In this document: positions 57,367 to 64,000 of the stretch, in pieces
How the letters are laid out: each line of letters starts with the position of its first letter
How positions within the stretch are numbered: the stretch's first letter is position 1
Origin: an uncultured Gemmatimonadota bacterium
GTDB lineage: Bacteria > GCA-2686955
Direction of reading: 5' to 3'
DNA length: 64,000 bases
NCBI GenBank assembly: GCA_964490075.1
Contig: CAZBBK010000012.1
Coordinates: 1 to 64,000, forward strand
Made by a program: the position numbers and the translations under genes
Notes under the pieces: generated by a model
Databases searched by the model: none
The model's input: only the letters and a program-made list of their open reading frames with translations
What the model was told of the DNA's origin: nothing

Positions 57367-58742
57367 TCGAGCAAGAGCCGCGGACAGCCCTGTCCGAGCA
57401 GACCGACCGGATCACGGCGGGACCGATCACCCGCACCATATTCTCGCTGGCGCTGCCGGTGGTGCTCGGCAACCTGATGGAGTTCGCCCTCTCCACCACC
57501 GACTACTTCTGGGTCGGCAAGCTGGGTGCTACCGCCCAGGACGCGGTCACCTCGTCGATGGTGGTGATCTGGACCATCTTCGCCGCCATGTCGATCATCA
57601 GCGTCGGGGTCACGGCGCTGGTGTCGCGCTCTGTCGGTGCCCGCGAGATCGACACCGTGACCCACTATGTGCGCCAGGGCATCCTGATGGCGCTGCTGGT
57701 GGGGCTCGCGTTCTCGGTGGTCGGCTTTCATCTGGCGCCGGCGCTGCTGGAGTTCATGGACACCGGTGCCGACACTTTGCGCGTCGCCGTGCCCTACCTG
57801 CGCATCTTCTTCGCCGGCGGCGTCTTCTTCTTCCTGGCCGAAGTCGGCTACGCCTCTTTCCGCGCCTCCGGCGATACCCGCACCCCGACCAAGGTCGGTG
57901 TCGGCGTGGTGCTCTGCAACATGGCCCTCGATCCTCTGCTGATCTTCGGCTGGGGCCCGATCCCCGCCCAGGGCGTCGCCGGGGCCAGCATCGCCACCGC
58001 GGTGTCGGCCGCGGGGGGCGCGCTGATCATTCTCGCCAGCGTGCGCCGCGGCGGGCTGGGCTACCGCATCGGGTCGTTCATGGCCGAGGCCCCCAGCGCC
58101 GCCAGCATGCTCAAGATCGCTCGCATCGGAGTGCCGATGGCGAGTCAGACCCTGGTTTTCGTCTGCGTCTACTGGTTCCTGATCAAGATCGTGCATGGCT
58201 ACGGCGAGACCGCGGCCGCGGCGATGGGCATCGGCAACCGCATGGAGTCGTTCTCTTACCTGACCTGCTTCGGCTTCTCGATGGCGGCGTCGACCATGGT
58301 GGGGCAGAACCTGGGCGCCGGGCAGCCGCGCCGCGCGGCGCGCTGCGCGTGGGGTGCGGTGCTCTCGGCGATCGCCTTCACCTTTGGGATCTCGGTGATC
58401 TTCATCACCCAGCCGAGAGCGATCGCGAGCATCTTCAGCGACGATCCGCGGGTGCTGGCGATCGCCGTCGACTACCTGGTGATCCTGGGACTCGCACAGA
58501 TGGCGATGGCGATCGAGATCGTGCTGGAAGGCGCCTTCAGTGGTGCCGGCAACACCATTCCGCCGATGCTGGTGAGCATTCCCGGATCGATTCTGCGCAT
58601 TCCGCTCGCCTACTATCTCTGTTTCGGGCTCGACTGGGGAATCAACGGAGTCTGGTGGACCCTGACCATCACCACCCTGATCAAGGCGGTGGTGCTGGCG
58701 CCATGGTTCCTGCGCGGCCGCTGGAAGCTGCAAAAGGTCTGA
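57363..58742 (+). CDS. MATE-family efflux transporter
   Basis: LALPVVLGNL...DYFWVGKLG, RASGDTRTP, LDPLLIFG, VGQNLGAG; about 12 TMs. Confidence 0.93.
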   Translation: MIEQEPRTALSEQTDRITAGPITRTIFSLALPVVLGNLMEFALSTTDYFWVGKLGATAQDAVTSSMVVIWTIFAAMSIISVGVTALVSRSVGAREIDTVTHYVRQGILMALLVGLAFSVVGFHLAPALLEFMDTGADTLRVAVPYLRIFFAGGVFFFLAEVGYASFRASGDTRTPTKVGVGVVLCNMALDPLLIFGWGPIPAQGVAGASIATAVSAAGGALIILASVRRGGLGYRIGSFMAEAPSAASMLKIARIGVPMASQTLVFVCVYWFLIKIVHGYGETAAAAMGIGNRMESFSYLTCFGFSMAASTMVGQNLGAGQPRRAARCAWGAVLSAIAFTFGISVIFITQPRAIASIFSDDPRVLAIAVDYLVILGLAQMAMAIEIVLEGAFSGAGNTIPPMLVSIPGSILRIPLAYYLCFGLDWGINGVWWTLTITTLIKAVVLAPWFLRGRWKLQKV

Positions 58743-58754
58743 CCGGGCCGGCGA

Positions 58755-59789
58755 TCAAGGAATGCGCTGCACCCGAAACCCGAGCAGCTCCAGATCGCCG
58801 CTGATATAGTGCTCCTTGCACTCCTCCTCGGAGCAGTAGTCGGTGCTCAGGTACTTCTTGTGCGAGTCCGGGAAGACCGTCGCCACCTGGGCGCCCGCTC
58901 CCAGCTCGGTCGCCACCTGGATCGCGCCGATCAGGTTGGCGCCCGAGGAGATGCCGATCGGCAGACCGAGCTCGGCGGCCACCCGCTGGGCCATCAGGAT
59001 CGAGTCGCCGTCCCAGACGTCGACCAGGGCGTCGAGCCAGTCGAGGTCGACGATCGAAGGTACGAATTCATCCGAGATCCCCTGGATGCGATGCTTGCCG
59101 ACCTTCCGGCCGGTGCGCATGGTGGGCGAGTTGGCCGGCTCCAGCGGATGGATGGTGACGTTTTTGCCGAAGCGCTCCCGGAAGCAGCGCCCCACGCCCA
59201 TCACGGTGCCGCCGGTGCCGACCCCGGCCACGAAGGCCGCGGGCGTCGCGCCGCGCGCCGCCATCTGCGTCACGATCTCCGGTCCGGTGCCGCGGTAGTG
59301 GGCCTCGATATTCGCTTCGTTGTCGAACTGATGCGGAAGAAACACATGCTCGGTGCTCGCCGCGAACGCGTTGGCGCGCTCGATGCTGCCCAGAAAGCCG
59401 CCATCTTCGCGCGACACCGGAATGATGCTGGCGCCGAGGCTCTGGATGATCTGCACCCGCTCCAGGCTCATCCAGTCCGGCATGAAGATCCGCAGCGGGT
59501 GGCCGAGCGCCCGGCCCAGCGCCGCGAAGGAGATGCCGGTGTTGCCCGAGGTGGCCTCGGCGATGGTGTCGCCCGGCGCGATCCGTCCCTGCTGGTAGGC
59601 GCCGGCGAGTATGTGCAGCGCCATCCGATCCTTGATGCTGCCGGTCAGATTGGTCGACTCGAGCTTGGCCCAGACTGAGATCGCCCGTCCGCGGCGGCGG
59701 CAGCGGACCTCGATCAGCGGGGTGCGCCCGATCAGCTCGCCCAGATCGTCGAGGGTCGCGGGGGGAGGGGCGGCGGGTGCTTCGGCCAT
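58755..59789 (-). CDS. PLP-dependent cysteine-synthase-family protein
   Basis: [48 protein letters not shown]. Confidence 0.9.
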   Translation of the reverse strand: MAEAPAAPPPATLDDLGELIGRTPLIEVRCRRRGRAISVWAKLESTNLTGSIKDRMALHILAGAYQQGRIAPGDTIAEATSGNTGISFAALGRALGHPLRIFMPDWMSLERVQIIQSLGASIIPVSREDGGFLGSIERANAFAASTEHVFLPHQFDNEANIEAHYRGTGPEIVTQMAARGATPAAFVAGVGTGGTVMGVGRCFRERFGKNVTIHPLEPANSPTMRTGRKVGKHRIQGISDEFVPSIVDLDWLDALVDVWDGDSILMAQRVAAELGLPIGISSGANLIGAIQVATELGAGAQVATVFPDSHKKYLSTDYCSEEECKEHYISGDLELLGFRVQRIP

Positions 59790-59902
59790 GGTGGCGCCTG
59801 GTCTCGAGGTGGGGATGCCCTGTGTCAGGCTGGGCCTTCGACCAGCATCGGAGGCGGTCGGCCGGAGGCGGTCGGCCACAGTATTGCATTTGGAGCGCAT
59901 CC

Positions 59903-60736
59903 ATGCGTCGTCTCTCCCGGTGGCCCCTGCTGTCTCTGATCGCCTGGCTCGCCGGTCCCGCAAGGGCAGGCTGGAGCATCCAGTGGGAGCAGTCCGGCCT
60001 CCTCACCAGCATCGATTTCGTCGACCCGGGCCAGGGCTGGAGCCGCGGCTCGCTCGCCACCGACTGCATCATCCAGGGCAGCACCGACGCCGGATGCACC
60101 TGGGAGATCCAGCACCACCCCCTGCGTCACGAGCTCAGCTCGCTGACCACGATCGACATGCTGAGCCGGCGCGAAGGCTGGGCCATCGGCTTCTACCTGT
60201 TGATCATTGGCGAGCCCGAGACCCATTCTCTGCACACCACTGACGGAGGCCGGAGCTGGACCGAAGACCCCTTCCGCGCCGACCTGGCGCCGGTCCATGC
60301 CTCGTTCGTCGACGAGGGAACCGGCTGGAGCGCCGGCTACCACACCATGTTCGTGCCCTCCAAGGTGCTGCGCTACGACGAGCCGAGCCGCAAGCCGAAG
60401 CTCGCCTTCGAGGCCCGCGACACTCCGGCGAGGGCGCGCGGCTCCGACACGATCCACTACCAGCTCCGGGTCGAGAACCTGACGGGGGACGAGCTGCCGG
60501 TCGATGCCTGGGTGCAGATCACCGGCCCTGAGCCGCCCGGTTTCGAGACCGCGCTGGTGCTGCGCACCGGCATCACGGTGCCGGCCGATCACTCCGGGCT
60601 GCACCCGGTGCGCATCGCGCTGCCCGGTCTGAGCCCGGGCGTCTACGCGCTCGAGACGATCCTGGGGCCGGCCGAGGTGGTCGATCCGCTGCGGATCGTG
60701 GCCCACGATTCCTTCGATCTGGAGATCGTGCCCTGA
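59903..60736 (+). CDS. Secreted protein with YCF48/BNR-like repeats and a C-terminal Ig-like module
   Basis: Signal peptide; STDAGCTW and TTDGGRSW Asp-boxes; FVDPGQGW. Confidence 0.7.
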   Translation: MRRLSRWPLLSLIAWLAGPARAGWSIQWEQSGLLTSIDFVDPGQGWSRGSLATDCIIQGSTDAGCTWEIQHHPLRHELSSLTTIDMLSRREGWAIGFYLLIIGEPETHSLHTTDGGRSWTEDPFRADLAPVHASFVDEGTGWSAGYHTMFVPSKVLRYDEPSRKPKLAFEARDTPARARGSDTIHYQLRVENLTGDELPVDAWVQITGPEPPGFETALVLRTGITVPADHSGLHPVRIALPGLSPGVYALETILGPAEVVDPLRIVAHDSFDLEIVP

Positions 60737-60813
60737 CGAGTGACCGCGCGAAAACAGCCTTTCGTGTCGGAACTCCGAAGGGCTCGCGCGAAAGGCGCGG
60801 AGAAGGGTCGAGC

Positions 60814-60963
60814 TTGACAGCCCGCGCACGGAGAGGGGCTCGGTTTGACGTTTTCGCCGTGCGGGCGGCCGAAATGCGCGAAAAAGGGCCCTTCTGAGGG
60901 GCGGCCGCGTCAAATTGAGCGGGATTTGTCAAACCGAGTCCCTCTCCGTGCGAGGAGTGTCAA
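60814..60963. repeat. 36-bp imperfect inverted repeat (32/36) with a 78-bp spacer
   Basis: 60814-60849 TTGACAGCCCGCGCACGGAGAGGGGCTCGGTTTGAC versus the reverse complement of 60928-60963. Confidence 0.85.
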
Positions 60964-61154
60964 AATGAGCGCTCCTCCGCGCGCCCGGATGGCCCGCGGC
61001 CGCAAAGGACACGCGTTCATGAGTCGACGAATGTGGAAACTGCGGTGGATCTTCCCCAACGCCGGGGGCGATGCCGCGACTTGAGCTGGGCGAAGCCAAG
61101 GTCTGTCATCCCAACGATTCTCCGCTCCGGGGCGCTCGGGACTCCTGCATCAGC

Positions 61155-61184
61155 TTGACACGCCGAAAGATGCGTCGTTATCGT
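61155..61184 (+). promoter_or_regulatory. Sigma70-type promoter candidate
   Basis: TTGACA-N18-TATCGT upstream of the PEGA operon. Confidence 0.5.
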
Positions 61185-61274
61185 GGCGCCGAGCAGCGGT
61201 GCGGAACCCGGCAGACCCGCCAACACCCGCGGGCGCGCGACGGCGTGCCCGGTTCGAAGCAGAAGGGGATTCGC

Positions 61275-62039
61275 GTGCGAGCAGCGCTCAGATCGATGAC
61301 CACGGCCCTGGCGATGGGCTGCTTCACGGCGGTCGCGGCGGCCGCGGAGGCGCCCACGCCGAGCGCCGGAATGGTCTCCGTGACCTCGGTGCCGCCCGGG
61401 GCCCGGGTGGTCCTGGAAGGGCGGGTCCGGGTCATGGGGGTCACGCCTTTCACGGTGACCGATCTGCCCTTCGGCAACTACCGCGTCGACTCCGGCGAGC
61501 CGGGCTACCGGGCCAAGGGCGACGACCTGGAGGTGCGGCCGAGCTCCAAGCTCAACGTCAACGTGGAGATGCGCCGCAAGGGGCGGCTGGGGGCGATGAC
61601 CCGCTCGCTCTTCTTCCCCGGCTGGGGGCAGAGCTACGGGCAGCGCGACCCGGCCGCCGGGATCTACCAGGTCGGGCTCGGGCTGGGCGCGCTGGTGGCC
61701 GGTGTCGCGGCGCTCGACTACTCGCTGGAGCGCGGAGACTTCGAGAACGCCCGCGATGCCTACCTGGAGGCGGCGCTCGAGGCCGAGACCGAGGAGGATT
61801 CGGCCGCTGAGTGGCGCGCCGCGCAGGTCGCGCACAACCAGCTGGAGCGCTCGCGCAACGTGCTGATCGGCGCCGGCATCGGCGTCGGGGCCTGGTGGGC
61901 GCTGAACGTGCTCGACGCCGGCCTCCTCTTCCCTTCGTTCGATCCGATCCCCCTGGGGGACCGACTCAGCCTGCGGCTCCGACCCGAGCTCGAGGGCGGG
62001 GTCGGCGCCAAACTGGAGCTCGCCCGTGCGCTTCCGTAG
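61275..62039 (+). CDS. PEGA-domain protein with DUF5683-like region
   Basis: VSVTSVPPGARVVLEG..MGVTP...LPFGNYRV; RSLFFPGWGQSY. Confidence 0.8.
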   Translation: MRAALRSMTTALAMGCFTAVAAAAEAPTPSAGMVSVTSVPPGARVVLEGRVRVMGVTPFTVTDLPFGNYRVDSGEPGYRAKGDDLEVRPSSKLNVNVEMRRKGRLGAMTRSLFFPGWGQSYGQRDPAAGIYQVGLGLGALVAGVAALDYSLERGDFENARDAYLEAALEAETEEDSAAEWRAAQVAHNQLERSRNVLIGAGIGVGAWWALNVLDAGLLFPSFDPIPLGDRLSLRLRPELEGGVGAKLELARALP

Positions 62040-63027
62040 TTCCTTCTTTGCCTGCGCGTCGCTCCTGGCGCTGGCCGCCGGCTGCGACGTGCCGGCGCTC
62101 GATCCGGTCGAGCCGCCCGAGCCACCCGTCGAGGAGCCGCCCCCCGATCCGCCTTTCGTGGCGCCCCAGGGACTGAACGCGCTGGTCGGGGTCGACCGGG
62201 TGACGCTGACCTGGAATGCGGTGGCGGGCGCGACCGACTACATCGTCTATCGCGAGCGCGCCGACGACGACCCGGTGCTGGCCGGGGTGACGGCCGACAC
62301 CAGCTTCACCGACCGCTCGCTGGCGGTCGGCGTGGCCAACAGCTACGGCGTGGCGGCGCGCGACACGGCCGAGGTGGAGGGCTACCGGGCCGAGCTGGCC
62401 GGGGCGGTGGCCGGCTACTACGGCATCGAGCTCGACGACGGCGCGGTGGCGACCCGCACGCCACAGGTGAGCGTGGCGCCGGTAGCGCCGGCGCCGGTCG
62501 ACGTGGCGGCGATGGGACTCGGCGACTCGACCGAGGCCGCGCTGGTCGCCGGGCCGATCCCCTTCACCGGCAGCATCTCCTGGCCACTCTCGGGCGAGGA
62601 CGGGCCGAAGACGGTGCACGGCGTGCTCTACACCGAGCGCGGAGTGCGCACCGAGGTGTTCTCGGCCGAGACCCTGCTCGACCGGGTGGCCGAGATCCGC
62701 GCCGTCGACTGGTGCGTGTTCGAGGGGCTCGACTGCGTGGTGCCCGACACGGTGTTCGTGGACCAGGCCGACACGGTGCGCTTCCGCGTGCTGACCACCG
62801 AGACCGAGCTGCAAGGCACGGTGACGATCCAGATCGGCGCCTTCGAAGAGGACCCGGTGCCGCTGACCGACATCGACGGCGACGGGCTCTACGAAGGGCT
62901 CTTCTACGCCGGATTGACCGAGATCCGCACCACCGAGTCGACCGGACAGGTGGTGGCGAGTCTCACCGACGCGGTCGGCAACGTGGCCACTCCGGCGCTG
63001 GCCGCCGACCCGATCATCGTGCATTGA
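62026..63027 (+). CDS. Lipoprotein with FN3-like domain
   Basis: Lipobox LAAGC; VTLTWNAVAGATDYIVYR...SFTD; DIDGDGLYEG. Confidence 0.75.
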   Translation: MRFRSSFFACASLLALAAGCDVPALDPVEPPEPPVEEPPPDPPFVAPQGLNALVGVDRVTLTWNAVAGATDYIVYRERADDDPVLAGVTADTSFTDRSLAVGVANSYGVAARDTAEVEGYRAELAGAVAGYYGIELDDGAVATRTPQVSVAPVAPAPVDVAAMGLGDSTEAALVAGPIPFTGSISWPLSGEDGPKTVHGVLYTERGVRTEVFSAETLLDRVAEIRAVDWCVFEGLDCVVPDTVFVDQADTVRFRVLTTETELQGTVTIQIGAFEEDPVPLTDIDGDGLYEGLFYAGLTEIRTTESTGQVVASLTDAVGNVATPALAADPIIVH

Positions 63028-64000
63028 CCGCCGGTTCGGCTGGGGGCGGTGGCGGCGCTGCGCTGCTGGTGACCGGGGGCCGCGGGGCGCTGGCGCTGGC
63101 GGTGCTGGGCGCACTGGCGGAGCTGGGGGGGGCGCAAGGACGGGCGTCGCGGGTGCTGGGGGGCGCGCGGGCGCGGGAGCTGGTGGCGGCGGTGGGGGAA
63201 CCGGGACTGCGCGCGGTCGCCGGCGATCCGACCAGCGCCCGAGAGGTGGCCGAGGCGGCGCGGGCGGCGCGCGCCGACACCCTCGTGCACCTGGGCCACC
63301 TGTCGTTCTTGCGCGATCCCGAAAACCCGGCCCTCTACCTCGACGCGGTCGACGCGGCGCTGCGCGGGGCGGCGCGGGGGGGCGTGCGGCGGGTCGTCTA
63401 CGTCTCGTCGCTCCTGGCGCTCGGTCCCAGCGAGGCCGGGGACGAAGATACGCTGCACGACGCGATCCACTTCCACGGCCCGGTCGAGCGCATCGCCTGG
63501 GATGCGGCGCGGGTGGCCGGCGACCTGGCGCGTGCCCACGACCTCGACCTGGTGACGCTCTTTCCCGCCTTTCTCTACGGTCCGGGGGCGGCGGGGCCGG
63601 AGAACCCGCTGGGAGCGCTGGCGGCGGCACTGGCGGCGGGACGGCTGCGGGTCAGAGTGGGGGATGGGGGACGGCGGCTGACGGTATGCCACGTCGAGGA
63701 CGCGGCGGGTGCGATCGCGGCGGCGGCGCTGGCGGCGGGTGCGGTGCCGCTCAGGGAGCGTTATCTGCTGGCGGGGCAGGTGGTGACCGCCGATGCGTTG
63801 CTGGACGGGATCGCCGCGGCGGGGGGGTGGCGGGCGCCGCGGGGGCGGATCGGCTGCTCGTCGGCGCGCGCGGTGGTGGCGCTGCGCCGTCGCAACCCGC
63901 ACCTGCGGCTGCTCAACGAGGAGCTGATCGAGGCGTTGCGCCACGATTGGGTCTATTGCTCGGAGGGGGCCGGCGCCGATCTCGGGTTCCGGACCCGGGA
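63024..64000 (+). CDS. NAD-dependent epimerase/dehydratase-like protein (partial, runs off window end)
   Basis: Manual translation from TTG 63024: ALLVTGGRGALA...DTLVHLGH...GVRRVVYVSSLLALG...VTLFPAFLYGPG...CHVEDAA...ERYLLAG. Confidence 0.75.
   Translation, partial: MTAGSAGGGGGAALLVTGGRGALALAVLGALAELGGAQGRASRVLGGARARELVAAVGEPGLRAVAGDPTSAREVAEAARAARADTLVHLGHLSFLRDPENPALYLDAVDAALRGAARGGVRRVVYVSSLLALGPSEAGDEDTLHDAIHFHGPVERIAWDAARVAGDLARAHDLDLVTLFPAFLYGPGAAGPENPLGALAAALAAGRLRVRVGDGGRRLTVCHVEDAAGAIAAAALAAGAVPLRERYLLAGQVVTADALLDGIAAAGGWRAPRGRIGCSSARAVVALRRRNPHLRLLNEELIEALRHDWVYCSEGAGADLGFRTR

Overview
GC-rich bacterial DNA from a diderm organism. A FlgD-Ig-like C-terminal domain, beta-helix/LVIVD/lamin-tail surface proteins and a TPR-sigma54 activator suggest an FCB-group or related candidate phylum (inference only). 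Contents from start to end: a TonB receptor, YfiR-like protein and two histidine kinases (1-5.6 kb); a mirror-arranged cluster of two malectin-CotH-LTD kinases, two beta-helix proteins and an LTD protein (5.7-16.3 kb); redox operons and a GntR/FadR-GMC oxidoreductase operon with a perfect operator palindrome; a MIO-type ammonia-lyase with Ala-Cys-Gly instead of Ala-Ser-Gly; a 181-bp palindromic MITE-like element between two gene remnants; several disrupted surface-protein genes (30.5-36.5 kb); a probable 12.6-kb insertion between DUF512 and der; then der, a GH114-like hydrolase, an SBP-MATE pair, a cysteine-synthase-like gene and a PEGA/FN3 lipoprotein operon. The most interesting candidate system is the probable insertion: a small secreted protein gene coupled to a TPR-GAF-sigma54 activator, divergent from a signal-peptide-bearing RHS/YD protein with a sigma54-type promoter, degenerate self-cleavage motifs and a downstream degenerate PIN-like gene. 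No rRNA, tRNA, CRISPR array or transposase was seen. All family assignments are by motif recognition, not database search.
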